Source: Eledone cirrhosa (Eukaryota). Taken from it: 64,000 bases of DNA. Positions 46,921 to 61,430 of this stretch are shown piece after piece. Made by a program: the position numbers and the translations under genes. The notes below the pieces were generated by a model. It made no database searches. It was not told the origin of the DNA and saw only the letters and a program-made list of their open reading frames with translations. The DNA lies in NCBI GenBank assembly GCA_964016885.1, contig OZ024745.1, positions 87,916,001 to 87,980,000 on the forward strand, in the 5' to 3' direction. Every line of letters starts with the position of its first letter. Position 1 is the stretch's first letter.

Positions 46921-48038
46921 ACACGTGGAAAATGCGGTGGTGAGTAAATGTTTTAATTTTATTGGAAATTGCATGAACTGAATCTAAATTCTTACTCCAT
47001 TTTGTAGATAAGCTGCCACCCTACACTTTGTAGGTGGTAGCAACCCCAAATAACAAGCCCATCAGGGCGAAAAAGGGAGAAATCTCCCAAAAAATGTTAC
47101 CGGAATTTTTGAAAATAGTTAAAATGGCGAAATATTTTGACCCTATCTTCACGAAAAACACATCAAAGAAATGTGGAGATGGGCTGTTAATCTCACCTTC
47201 CACAGTACTAGTATCAGGCTAAGGCTGCCTACCTGTGGCTATCACCACCAACAAAAACAGTAACAACAACAGCAACATCAAAACTATCAGCCAACAATTA
47301 GACAGAGGTGGAGGAGGGACGGTAATAGTGTCAAGCCAACAGGCAGCTCGCACCGCCTTTTTGAAACACGTCGATATGTTTAAAACACACCCTGACAACA
47401 ACACCAGCTTCACCAACACGAAAACTGGGAATGGATTAACCAAAACAACGCCATCAACAACAACAGGGACAACGAGAACAACAAGAACAACAACGACAAC
47501 AAAACCACAACCAACAACAACTCTGGTTTTCAGGACAGTCTCAAACAAAACCCCAAAACCGACTCAACTTTCACAAGGTGAAATTGAGTTGGTTTTAAAA
47601 GATGCCTTAAAAGACATTGCTTTCATTCAGAAAGGTAGACTCTACAGGAGTTTATCCATTCTGATGAAATACCAATTGACGGCACAGAAATATTCTGTGT
47701 CGCCAATTGTGTCACCGCTGTTCACCCTTTTTCCCCACTTACATGGGGAAAAGAACACAGAAAATAAAAATCCAAAGTATCACACCAAATATTGATGTTT
47801 GGTGGGTACTATGTGGATTTTTAAACCTCCCAAAAGAACGATAAAATCGGTAGGTAAATCCCCCGGCGACCTGTTCAGCGGAACTAGCCTGCAAATTCTG
47901 GTCCAAATTACACCAGAACGAATAGCTAGGATCCCAGAACGTGCTGCTAGATAGGCTTATATACATAAACATTTCGGTCGAGGGTAGGCGGCCCTCGTAT
48001 TACCACTGCTTAAGCAGGGGTCACCTGAGAGCTTCCTG
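46921..48038 (+). mobile_element. 5' part (ORF1) of third Tx1-like copy, 3'-truncated
   Basis: LVFRTVSNKTPKPTQLSQGEIELV and VEGRRPSYYHCLSRGHLRAS match ORF1 of the first copy. Confidence 0.85.
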
Positions 48039-48227
48039 ATGAAAGCGCACCATAATCTGACTTGGTGGCCCTTGAAATATGTATAATAAAATAAATATGG
48101 TTTTATAAATATAGTTTCTATTTGTTAATATATTGTATATTTACTCCAATAATTTGTTGAGTGCTTTATATCAGTTATAAAAATATTTTAGCTTGTTGTA
48201 TGCCAAAAAATTAAATATAACCTCTGC

Positions 48228-48315
<88 letters not shown>

Positions 48316-48396
48316 GAAAATTGAACGGGAACAAAACAGAGAGGCATTACAAACAAAGGTTTATTAATTTCACGCTCTTGAGAGTGGGGTGGTGGT

Positions 48397-48451
<55 letters not shown>

Positions 48452-48531
48452 AAAATTGAACGGGAACAAAACAGAGAGGAATTACAAACAAAGGTTTATT
48501 AATGTCACGCTCTTGAGAGTGGGGTGGTGGT

Positions 48532-48606
<75 letters not shown>

Positions 48607-48830
48607 GAGGTTATTTAATTTGTTGGGATACAACAAGCTAAAATATTTTTATAACTGATATAAAGTACTCAACAAATTATTGGAGTAAATAAACAATATA
48701 TTAACAAATAGAAACTATATTTATAAAACCATATTTATTTTATTATACATATTTCAAGAGCCACCAAGGCAGATTATGGTGCGCTTTCATCAGATAAAAT
48801 ACAATACAGATTAGTTTTATAAATAAATAT
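48036..48830. repeat. Inverted-repeat structure (about 195-bp arms) of HHR family G around TA-interrupted tandem fragments
   Basis: 48036-48230 is rc of 48600-48793; internal direct repeats at 48311-48400 and 48447-48535. Confidence 0.85.
48736..48801 (-). ncRNA. Type I hammerhead ribozyme (family G variant)
   Basis: Reverse complement: uauuuuau CUGAUGA aagcgcacca-uaaucugccu-ugguggcucuu GAAA uaugua UA auaaaaua. Confidence 0.85.
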
Positions 48831-49519
48831 TGACATACCCTGAAATCTATGTATATATATATAATATATATTTGTGAAATGGGTGGTGGTTGAAATTCAG
48901 TTGTGCACGGTTAAATGTTAGTAGACGTGATCAGACGGACATGTAAATTTACACACCTATGCAAAAAGTGCCAAGGAAGCAAATAGACGCGGTTTCAAAT
49001 CTCTACCTTGAAAAATGTGGTCCCTAGGGCCCCAAAACGGTCTGTTTACTATCGCGTTCGGTGAGTTATTCCCCCCTGTTCTAATACTTTTGTCTTATTT
49101 ACAATTTCATACAAATAAAGCAGTAAATAAAGGATTATGAGTTCATGCAATTGACTTATGTTTCGTCACTATATATATATATAAATGAAAGTATATATAT
49201 ATATATATATATATATAATATGAAAACGCTTTCATAAAAAAAAAATATCAACTGTAATGTATGTATCCATGTATTTATATGTTTATATGAGCGGGGATAT
49301 GCAAGTAAATCTTACTTTGTGGACAGCTGCCCCTTAGCATAATATTCATGCTAGAACAGCATATATTTGAAAGTTTTCAGGGAGTTGAATTACTGATTTT
49401 GGATCGGCAGCTTTAGCTTTGAAAAAATGAAATGTGCAGTGTAAACATTTTTTATTATTCCTCCGGGGATGAATCTTCTCTTCCTTTTTCCATCTCTTTC
49501 CTTCTCTCTGGAAGAAATC

Positions 49520-49684
49520 AGCCGTAGTAAGACCTAAAAAAATGGTTAGACACACCATGAGGCACCGTGCATCACGGTGGAGTTGAAAAGCAAAGTCAGA
49601 ACATGGCGTTGTGTGGGGGTGGCTCGCAGCCCAATGTTCCAGGGGGAGCAAAAGAAGAAGAAGAAGAAGAAGAAGAAGAAGAAG
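49520..49684 (+). mobile_element. Probable RTE-type LINE 3' end with (GAA)n tail
   Basis: ...ggctcgcagcccaatgttccagggggagc followed by (AAG)n. Confidence 0.35.
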
Positions 49685-49797
49685 GTGTGAGCTGGAGTCC
49701 TATCAAATATGTAGGTTGTGTCTTAAATTGAAGGTTTAGTAGAAACAATTCATGTATAGTTTTGTACTTTTCTTTTTGTCATTCATATATAAACAAA

Positions 49798-50870
49798 TCT
49801 ACTATATAAATTGGAAGTGGTCGGACGTTGTATATGTAGGTGTAGTCGGATAAACGTCGAAACGGCTTGGTGGAATGCAGCGAAAATTTACACAGTTATG
49901 CAGAATGACGCGCGGAGGCGTTGGGTCGACTTTCAAGCTACAAGCTTCCATGGTTACGGTGAAAATCGATGAAACAGGAATTTCCCATTCAAATTGAACT
50001 GAGAGTAATCTGTGAACGCAGATATAAATATTTCGAGAAACGTTGCAACCGAACGAAAACAGGAATACGATATTTTGGTTCGTGAAGATGTTCCCTGGCA
50101 TTGAACGGGAAAAAAGCGAGGATAATACGTCGTTATGTGGAGCGTAAAGAACAATTTCATGCAAAGACAAGACCAAGTTTAGGGTAATAAATGGAGTCGT
50201 TAGACTAATCTATTTAAAATAACTTCTAATGATTTCCAGCCCCGGAGTTTAAGAATGATGCAAATAAAATTGAAAACGAAAATGACAGAGGTTATTAAAA
50301 TAGTAAAATAAATAGTGAAGATTTAGGCCAGTACATACGTATGCCGCGACGGACATACACATACATACGCACACACAAATACATCCCCCCCCCTACATAC
50401 ACACGAACGCACGCGCGTATGTATATACCTTATGCATTTCTACAGTATTTTCACCAAACTTAAGACATAGGTTACTTATGTACTCCGGATGGTCATGGGC
50501 ACTGTCATTTTTCCAGATATTGATTATAGGGCTCCCCGGCAGATAAACCACTTTAGTGGTTAAAGTGTTAACCACTTCCTTGAAGTCGACTGAAGCACTG
50601 CAGTGCAATGCAGCAAAACGTCATAACTTCTGGAGTTCGCAACCGATTTTCACAAAACTTGACACATGGGCTACGTTTGTCCTACAGATGAATGTTAACT
50701 CTAAGCATTGGCACATATTGGATAGGGGACCCCTGGGGGCAGGAACCCCATTTTGGAAAAAGCCGATGATTTTGTAAAAGTATAGTTTTCGAAGCAGCAC
50801 TGAAGTATTGACATAAATGGTATACACAACTGCTATTTAATATCCGAGCAACGCCGGGTACCTCTGCTAG
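49798..50870 (+). mobile_element. Non-autonomous Helitron
   Basis: A|TCTACTATATAAA ... ccgagcaacgccgg hairpin ... CTAG|T. Confidence 0.75.
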
Positions 50871-51376
50871 TATATATATATAAAGCAAACGGCCATTAGA
50901 ATGACGCCAATTATTTTAATTAAATTAATCATTAAACAAATATTACAAACTTTATAAACATTAGAAAACTCGAGACAAAACAGTAGATTATTTTAAGATA
51001 TATAAATAACAAGTATAAAAAGAAAGTTTTGATAAATACATCTCTTGAAATTACAGCCATCAGAGAGACCGCAATAGACGTAGGCAATGCCCCTTCAGAA
51101 ATCTTCGTTAGAGAAGTCAACTCATGATTTACTCATGAATCTATACTATTAGGAAATGTTGAACAACATTTTAGCTCGTTTATAATTAATACTTTTATTG
51201 TATATCTTAATCTCGGTGGTGGTGGTGGTGGTGGTGGGGGGGGGGGGGGGTCAGGGGGAAATACAATGCAGTTATTTCCAGTATTACTTAAGCCTTCCTT
51301 TCAATCAGAATTATTGAAAACCTGAAAACATTGAAAGATTTCTGACGTTAATTGTTGTTTTATTATAGTATTATCT

Positions 51377-51775
51377 AGGGTGATGGATTGGCAGTATCGG
51401 TAGATGGTCGGACACCTTGCTTTGCAGCATAGAGTTACGTCCCTTTATGATTTGAGTTCCAATCCCGCCGAGGTTAACTTTGCCTTTCATAGTTACGGGG
51501 TCAATAAAATAAAGTCCCAGTCACGCACTGGGGTCGATTTAATCGACATCCCTTCCCCCAAAATTGCTGGCCTTGTTTCTATATGAGAAACCATTATAGT
51601 ATCGGTAGATGGTCGGACGCCATGCTTTGAAGCATAGAGTTACCTCCCTTTATGATCTGAGTTCAAATCCCGCCGAGGTTAACTTTGCCTTTCATCCTTA
51701 CGGGGTCGATAAAATAAAATACCAGTAATGCACTGGATATTTGCTGGCCTTGTGCCTAAAGTAGAAACAATTATA
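51377..51775 (+). mobile_element. Two tandem Nin/Deu-like tRNA SINEs
   Basis: Duplicated gtatcggtagatggtcgga...gttc(a/c)aatcccgccgaggttaactttgcctttcat...ctggccttgt. Confidence 0.8.
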
Positions 51776-54120
51776 GTATAATCTACTGCTACTACTACTG
51801 CAGCTGCTGGTACTACTACTGCTGCTACTGCTGTTACTGCTACTACTACTGCTACTACTACTACCTATAGAAAAATATATTCATTTTTCTTATTCCACAT
51901 TCTCTGAAATTTGTATTGGTGTTGATGGAGAAATAATTTGACGCATAAATAACTGTCGACATTGCAAATTAGGAAGAAATTATGATTGCTATAAAATTAT
52001 TGTACGCGGACATGTTTTGAACTATCGTGAAAAGCACACGTTTTAATAAACAAATAGAATGAACAATTACTGTTTTCAGAAAAATTGATAAGTAAACACT
52101 TTACGAAACTTGTTAGATAAAAAAATCCATTATTTCTTTGGGGAATTTAAATGCCTTCATTTTTTGCCTATTTTTATATATAAATATTTTGATGTTTTGA
52201 AAAATCTATAGAAATTCGTCAGTCTTCGATAAAGATTTGATACACATTTCTAGAACAGGATTATAAATTATTTTATTGGCGCAAATACAATTACAACATC
52301 CATCGATTTTACTAACTATATATTTTCCCTTCTGGCAAATAAAATTGCTCTTATAATTGAAAGGATATTTTCACAGTTCATTATCAAAGGAATACATATA
52401 AAATATTTCTCCTACGTAGTCTATTTAGAACTTTCAGAACTATATTTACTTTATTTGGTTTACTTTTGAAGTTTTTTACTTGAATTTCATAAAATAAATG
52501 AGGTTATATGGTGCATCAACAGACTTGTCAACTCTCCCCGTCCGACGGGAAGATCTCCCACCCAGTTTGGGGTGGATGGGAGATGTCTTCTCTTGTGAAA
52601 ATGGATATAGTTTTCATCGTGTAAAATCTCCCTATTTTACCTAATTTCTTCCCGATTTGGGGCACTTTTATTCATGGTACTCTCCGTTGGGCTTTTTGAA
52701 GGTTGGCAGGTCTGTATCAAATAAGTAAGAAAACCTATAGAAATGATATTGAAAAATCATAATATATAATCTGATAAATAAATAGTAGGGTTTGAATAAT
52801 CGTATCCTTTTTGTATTGGATGAGGCCGAGACCTCTAGAGTGCTTGATCTCCGCCTAGCTGATTCAATTCTTAAAATCGGAAAGACAGCAGCTCGCCTGA
52901 GGAAGGAGCTCCGTGAGGTATAGTGACTAGTGCAACAGTTGTCACCGGACATTTTCTGCCGCAATACATTTGTTATTTTATCTGCGGGGTTTAGCTGAAA
53001 CACCGCTCAGACTGGGGTTTAGAGCATGTCTCCCCCCCCCCCCCCCCTCAGCCCCACATTTCGTTGAATTCCCATTTTTTCGAACACTTTTTCTTAATTT
53101 CCTCTCTTTTTCTTCCCCATTGCCATGTATATTGTACAATTATTGCTGGATCTTTGTATAGCAATACATTTATGTTTATCTATCAATGTATGTAGAACAT
53201 GCTTCTTAGTTACGATGTTATCTTGGCTCTCTCTAATATTTCAGCTAAATATTCTTCTATGGATTAAAAGGAGGCGTAATACAAATAAGAAATTATGGAC
53301 TAAGAACTTACATTCAAATATTATATATTATTTGATTTTATCCTTGAGATTGATAAAAGAATAATTATCAAACATAAATTAGAGTTACTTCGAAAGGCCT
53401 CCTAGTTTTAATGAACTAATGGAATTAATTGATATTTTTCCTATTGATTGATTAGAGCTAGAAAGATGAAATACTCCCAGCAAATTAAGAGAACAATGTT
53501 GTTTTAATCATTTCAGATGACCTGAGCCATTAATGATGAAATATATTATGCTAGAATCTTTTCCATACGCTGACGCTTATGTGTATATGTGTGCGCGCAT
53601 GTATATGTGCATATGCATACATTTATAAGTATGAGTATATAAATATAAACGTGCAAACACAGTCACGTTTCCTTTTCATTCCTTTCACGCACATATACAT
53701 TGACACAGGCATCAGACATAAAGAGGGAAAAGTAGTGTGAAGTAGTCAAACTACTCTTCTCTCTTTACCTCTTGTGACAGAATCACAGAAATGTATATAT
53801 AGATAAACGGCATAAACACTATCTCCAAAATATTGTTTATTTTTGATGTTAAGACACAGGTATTCCCATATAATCTGATAAGACCATTGCTACATGTAAA
53901 AAATAATGCAATATTCTTATTGGCCGTTTGCAGTTCCTTTTATATAGTTTTCGAACTAAACAGGTAGAAATTTTCGTTCAATTGAAGTCGATTTCCTAGT
54001 TGAATGTATTAGTCTTCCTGAGTAGAATAACTGCACCAGTATAGGTTAAGCGCTTCTTATATGTATATATATATATATACATATATATGTGTCCATGAGC
54101 CAATAATTATATATATATAT

Positions 54121-54182
<62 letters not shown>

Positions 54183-56895
54183 TGCGAAGTAGTTTTGAGA
54201 TGTTAAAGTCCTTTATTGACAATGCTGTGATACATATTTCAATGACGACAGTGGCCACGCGTTTCCGCCTAGCCGGTGCCATGATCTCATCAGATAGCTT
54301 CTTACATAATAAGTTTACGTTCCCGGTGGTACGTATTTGTGGGTGGTTATATTATTTAATAATTTCAACATATTACCGGTGACTTAGAATAGACAATTCG
54401 ATCAGTTAGAAAAAAAAAAGTTTGATAATGTAAATGCTACCATGCCAGTGTCCTGATTTTCAGTTAGTTCGTTTCTTTTTTAATGTTTTATCTTCTTTTG
54501 CTGTTCTTTTCTCACAATCTTTTCACTTTTCACTCTTTCTCTTTCCTATATTTGTATGTGAGAGAGATTGATGAAACCAATCAAAACTTTAACACTCTAC
54601 TGTAATATTTGATTTGAAATCCAATTTTTACGTTGGGAATTTCAGTTTTCGTCTTAAACTTTGCCGTTATCTGATATTAATTTTTCGAACATAGTTATAT
54701 ATTTAGATACATTGATTAATTCAGAAGTCTTGGCATCTAATCTTTCAAATTTCATTCTGATTCAAAATTCCTAAAGATTCCATTGAAATTCATTAGCTTT
54801 AATTCCATTTCATTGCAATGATAGAGTATTACTTCAAAATAATCTATTTTGTTAGCAAATTTAATATATATTCTTCCTATCGTTATTTTTCGTTTTAGTA
54901 TTATTTTAAATAACATTTGAGATGCTGTTACTATAGCAAGTCATGTGCAGCTTATAAATGGCTATATATCTAGCTAGGTAGAGAAGCAGAGCCACATTTG
55001 ACCTCAACCTCAATAAATTGTGTCATTGACATGATATCTATCCTGTGGTACCAGACCAAGTTTTCTCTATTGGGTTATATAATAGAATGATTAAATACAC
55101 GGAGACGGTTTTAGCACCCACACACATTCAATGTTATATCTCCGAAGGATATTAATCATTTTAAAAACTGTTGGTTTTGAAATGGATAATAACAGTAAAT
55201 AGTATCATCATATATAGCAAACAGCTATCTCAGTCAGCAAACGGGGTTGTAATGTAGTTTCTCGACTTGCATAGAAATAATAATCAAATATTCTTCAAAT
55301 ATATTTATACCATTTAAAAAAAGTGTGGGGGGAAAATATTGGACTATATAATGTTACATCATTTTAATACGGATAAACATATGTTAAAATTTGTTTGCCT
55401 CTGGTCAAATGGCTGCTCGATACCTGTTGATTTAGGGTCTAAATAACACCATCATCATCATCAACAATAGTACATCAACATCGTACTAAAAATGCTCCGC
55501 TCTCCAAGCATTGGTGAACTGGGTCTAAAGATATCGGTTGCCAGGAGGAGACAAAGGGGCCACACACAACTACAATACCATCATTTAATGTTTATATCGA
55601 ATAAACAAACATAAAACAAAAATCTTCTTTATTTCTGTGTATGCAATTGACCGTGAAATTGTAAAGTAAAAATACAGATAACGATGTTAGTTCTAGCCAA
55701 AGACAGCTAGCTAGAACTAGCGAGGTGCGAAAATATTGAACTCTGAATAGCCTTTGCTATTTAAAATCAGCGGTTATACAAGTATGTAACTAGCAGTTGT
55801 ACCATTCAACCACCGTGACTGTTAACATGTTTATATATTTTTTAAAGTTATATTATAAATATTTACATTTGGAATCTTTATGTGGATTTGCTTAAATATT
55901 TTACATCGTTCGATACCTGTCTCCAAGTGATGCTTGTTGAAACAATACTGAGTATTGATATAAGTTATAATATTAAAAATAATAACCCAGTATCCTCTAC
56001 AAAATAGAAATTAATAAACTTAAAGCACAAAACTGCACTATATAATATATTACGTATTTATATTATATAGTCAACTAGCATTAAAGCCCTGCGTTGCTCG
56101 GGGTCAGTAAGTTACCAAAGTTAGGTTGCACCACCCATTTTATGGCAGCACTTTTTTGTCTGCCAGGCACTGGTTGAATGAATTGCAAACCTGCAGTGCC
56201 GAAGCAGGAACTGCGCCAGCAGTGACAATTGTAGTTTCGCCTATTGATATTATCTCTGTGCAAAGAAGTGTTCAAATTTATTGTTTCACAGTAGTTGCGC
56301 AACACGCGCGAAGACGATGCCAGCCGAACAACAGAGCTGCGATGGAGTTGTTCTGCATGACATGTTTTAACGGGGGAGGGAGTGGATTGAGGGAACCGCA
56401 AACAGGGGCCTGAAAACATTGTCGAATTATGACAACCAAAAAAGAGGAAGAGGGGTCATTGTATGGTTGGTGCATCATGTACGTCAGACGTAGAAGATGA
56501 GCCTGCTACTGTGCCGACGGAGGGAGGGAAATAGAGCTGAGCGGAGGCCAGGTGTTGGTGAAGTGTGAAGTAATTGCAGGGAACCGCCTAAAAGTGTAAA
56601 TCCCGTCATTAAAGCATTGTTCACCCTTTGAGAGTCGTACGGAGGTGAAATACTAACCTGTCCACGGTCCTCCGAGGCCCACCAAACGGGGGTTGGTGAG
56701 GAGCAACAGCTGATATTTGGGTAGGGTCGGAGTTGCAATTAAGCTTTGTAATGCCGCGAGAATCAGCCTTTGTACGGCAGATGGTGGGGAGTGTCCAGTG
56801 CACTGCAGTGAAGGTTAACCTACTTAGAAAGTACTCACGAAAAGGCAAAAAATAAAAAAAATAAAAAAGTAATAAAATTAGGAATCGAGGTAATC

Positions 56896-59800
56896 CTATA
56901 AAACCTCCTTGTACACAATGTTTTTTTGTTTTTCCTTGCGGAACGACAGGCGAACAGCCAGTGTAAAGCTGACCATGAGAGAAACACGGCTCCGCCAAAT
57001 GTATTCCCGCGACAGACAGTATTTGTCCCTGCGCTTTGTTAATTGACATTGCGAAGCATGGCCTGACCGGGAACTGGGACCTCCGAAATGTGAAAGGCAG
57101 ATCTGCTCCTCATGGAAAAAGATGCATCCTCGGTATGAGCACAATCTTGCCCCGACCGCACCCTGTGATTATCGTGGCCTCAATCAGATTGGGAGCTAAG
57201 GACTTAACGACCAAACGTGTGCCATTGCATTGTTTCGGCGGAACCAAATTTCGAATGAGCATTATAGGAGCACCAACTTTAGGTTTCAAAATGTGTGGGG
57301 GTAATCCGGGGGGCTCAAAGGAATTTAGTACCTCTATTGGATAGTTGATGACGTCCTCGGGGTCAGGAGTTCTATCGATAGACTTATATACGTAGCCATC
57401 CCCAGGAATAAGTTTTAGCATTTGATAATTTATATGGTTAACAGTTTTATTCCTCGGGGCCAGAATAGCCCTTTGGGCAAGCCAATCCATATTCTGATAA
57501 TTTGCTTGGAGATCTGGGAACACTGCATCCCTGAGATCAGAAGGCGTACTAACAACGGTACAAAGTGAGTCGATGGCAATATTACCCTTTTCATCCCCGG
57601 GCGTTTTGCCTTCGCCAAGTGAATGGAGGGTGTGAGAAAATGCTGCTGATGCGATATCACCTCGGATATGAGCACGCATGTTAGTGTGAAGTTTCAGAGT
57701 TTTCACCAGGGGCCACAATGCTGATGACTTAAGACACGCACGTACTGCACCAGCTCTAGCCCTCTTGGGAATAACAGGAAGCGTTTGCCTGAAGTCCCCT
57801 GAAATAAGAAGTGTTATGCCTCCCATTGGAGCCGTAGAGTCTTTGATGTCTCTCAGAGTTCTATCGAGCGCCTCAAGAGCACCTCTGTGGGCCATCGTGC
57901 ATTCGTCCCAAACGATAATCTTGCATCGTCTGAACACTTCTGCCTGATCGGAGCTCTTACTGATGTTGCATGTGCGTGTCTCAGTCTTCGCTAAGTCAAG
58001 CGTGAACTTGAAATAGGAGTGAGCTGTCCTGCCGTCTGGCAACAAAGTAGCCGCAATTCCAGATCATACCACAGCTAAGGCAATTCCTTCTGTTCGCCTA
58101 ATCTCAGCTAATATTAATTTGGTGACAAAAGTTTTCCCAGTCCCCCCAGAAGCATCCAGGTAAAAATGCCCCCAGCTTTGCCCCGGACAGAATTAACAAC
58201 GGAGTTGTAAGCGAATTTCTGTTCTGGAAGTAGCTTTGGCTCATTCTCCGCTATGTACTGGGCAAGCTCGTCAACATTATAAGATGTCTCACGCAGCAAA
58301 TCCGAAGACAGAGTGTTTGCGCCTTCCCGGTTTGTTGAAGGTAGGCCATACACAGCCAACGCACTACCGCCCATATCGAGAACAGTATCTTCGATTTCAA
58401 GCAGCGCCCTGTTGTAAATGAGGTTACTGTACCCGACCTCCATCGATGGGTTTAGAAACTGAGCGTGACGCAGGAAATCTTCAGACATGTAATCTTTGTA
58501 GCTAAGCCATAAAGAGGCCAGATCACCCAAGTCGCACCACAGGATTAGAATAGCGAAAAGCGATCTTAGTCTTTTAGGAGATTTCAACAAAACGCCCTCT
58601 GCCATAGTGGCGCCCCATTGTGAATCATCCTCCAAAAGGCCACGCCTAAAGCAGGCTTCCCGGAGAGTATCACATAATTCACCGTCAACAGTTCTTATGT
58701 CTCGAAAGCTTTGTGGGCCAAAAACCTCATGGAGGAGAATGCGCAGATGAAAACACTCATCCTGGTTGGGAGGTACAGTGTACACTCTTCCTAGACAACT
58801 GTCAAACTTGACACCAGGATGTCCTTCAACATCCTGACCTGACTTCCTACGCACCCAAGTGTTGTTTGACCACACGTAGTAAGACGGGACCTGAGGATAT
58901 GAAAGTGTTTTTGCAAACGTGTCAAGTTGGCAAAGCGTAAAAAAACCAGTCAAAGTTGTTTCTTTTGGATTGGCCACCAAATGAGCAGCAGTCTGTTCAG
59001 TAAAGTAAGCCCGCTGGCCGTTTTCCAAATGAACCGCTAGTTGTATGATGGCGGGGTACCTTTGGTGAAGTGAAAACCCGAATATCCGCCAAAAAGCTTC
59101 ACCACTGCTGATATATCGACCTGTCAAGTACTCCAAGATCTCGTCCCTGCTATTGTCGTTTTGAAGGCCGAACATGGCAGCGTCGGAACCCTTGTTAACA
59201 TATTTACATGTGTACTTTATCGACTTCACGGAATGACAGAACTCCACATTTATATGAGCGTTGAAAGTTTTCATCAGAAATGGACAGTACGGGACCACCC
59301 ACCCATTATCAACTTGATGACACCGTAACGTCATAGTGAATCCACCGTTCTCAGGCCGCCTTCGTCTGTAGAGTGGGTATCCGTCGCTGCCGGTCTGGGT
59401 CTCCTCAACAAACCTCTTTGGGTATCGTTTAGTGCACACATGGTCCTTGTGGCATGAAGAGAACTCTTGAAAACAGGGACCGCACGGACCGTGCACCATG
59501 TGTGCCTTCACAATGTCGTACAGCTGCCGGTCAACAACGGGGTCCAGTATTTCCGCAGCGATGACGTCATCTGTAACTGTAGGGTCTATTTTGGTTACCA
59601 ACCAAACCAAAATGTGCGCGTGTGGCAACCCTCTCTTCTGCCACTCAACAGTATACATGTGGCACCTAACAGGCCCGAAAACCTTCCCTTTTTTTATTAG
59701 ATCAATTAGCTTAGCCAGCTTCTGCCTGAAAACCCTGGCAATAATATCCTGCCGATGGCAGTACTGCTGCCCTGGGATAAGTTCCCGCGTAACCTCAACC

Positions 59801-61430
59801 CACTTGGGGCTACACGTAAACGTGATGAATAAATCGGGGCGCCCATAATGCCGAACGAACGTCATAGCGTCATGTGTTCGCTCGTGCATATACCGCAGCC
59901 CCCCGTATAGGTTGAGGGGAGAATGTACATTTTGCCGATGTTCCGGGGGTCAGTGTCATTCCTGATGCCGTCACGCAAATGGATGAAGGAGTCTGAGCGC
60001 AGCTGCTTCTGATTCAATTTTATGAAGCACAGTCTCTCTGACTCCATCAACTGCAAACTGGTGAAACAGTTCCCGTGACCTGTGTAGGGTGCTGAAATTG
60101 TTAGGCTTCGTCATGAAGCGGTATGAGTATAAAGCCATGCATGAAACAGTTTTAGATGTTGCAGAAGTGGGCTCGTTTGGTTTGCGCTGAGGAATGCCGA
60201 AATGGTACCCGTCTTCTCTGTATTAAAAAAAAAGGGGATACTGAAGGGCGTCGTATGAACGATCCGTCTCATTAATACGTCGAAGACCACTGTCACGACT
60301 TTGAAGAACTATGTCCCGCTTATTGTGCTGTTCACCATAACTACGACCACTTCATTGCACGAAGGAGCGTTATAACGGCGGGCGTGCTCCCCAGCAGGTC
60401 TTTTGTCAGCATCGATGACAATGGTGAAGTTTGGTGAAGTATTTGTTTCCAATGCGTATTTGAAACTGCGAATATAACTGTTGTGCTCATCAACTTGCCT
60501 ATAGTTAGAAATGCCTGTAGTTAGAAATGAAGTAAATTTGAAGGAACGAAGGCTTCCAATTTTGTAGTGGCTGGAGCAACCCAATAAGATGGCACACCTG
60601 CCCCTGGACCTTGAAAGTAGGTATCCAACCACTTTCTCTGACAACGTTAGCCCCGAAAGAAGTAATTTGAAACGCACAATTGTACTTCCTGATGAGTTGA
60701 AGGAATTTGGATGACCTTGAGGTAAAACCAGTAAGTAGTTCCTTCAAAGGCTCTGGTGGTAAGAGGGGGCAAGCTGACCTTACCGTTTAAGCAGCACATT
60801 GCAGGTGGCTCCCTAGCCCACTTTTTAGCATTGCAGAATTTGCAATTGAAGCGCATTTCCCCTATATTTATGTCGGCACGCATCGAGTAGTTAACGTTGG
60901 GCTCATACTTGAAAGCCCGTAGGTGCCAGTATGGGCTGTTGGGGCTCGTCACACTGCGGGCCGCTTCTTGTCGTCGACTGTTCCGCTCCAACGTAGAATG
61001 TTGCTCCTGTGGGTCGTGGGAAGCTCTCGCAGCAGTAGCAGAATCCACCCTTACAATCCTAATGGAGCGCCCGTCTGCATCTTCAGAAGCCATGGAAGCA
61101 GTCATAGCCGCAGCGTTCCTAGCAAGGCGATTCGTCCGCCGTTCCAAACCTTCCAAAGCCCTGGAAGCAGCAGTAGCCGCGGCGTTTCTAGTCAGTCGAG
61201 CCGCCCTTTGTTCCGGGCCCTCTGAAGCCCTGGAAGTAGCAGTAGAAGCGTTTTTTGGGGGAATGACGTATCGCCCGCTCTGAATCGCACATCGCAGCAC
61301 GTCTCGAGGCGTTGCATGAAGCCATATTGGTTAGGCGTGCGGTGCGTTGTTGAAAACTATCAGCAGCTCTGCATTCCGCCGAACGTAAGGCGCTCTGTGA
61401 AAGTCTTAAAGCAGTTTCCTCGGAGGAATT
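56896..61430 (-). pseudogene. Helitron RepHel (HUH Rep + Pif1-like helicase), multiple frameshifts; first codons lie at 63523-63601
   Basis: PDLFITFTC, YTVEWQKRGLPHAHILVW, KYTCKYVNKGSD; IVWDECTM, GDFRQTLPV, CNGTRL, SINKAQGQ, FSHGQLY. Confidence 0.93.

Noticed and set aside
52897-53012. CUGAGGA...GAAA caccgc UC hammerhead candidate
   Set aside because: Stems I, II and III do not pair.
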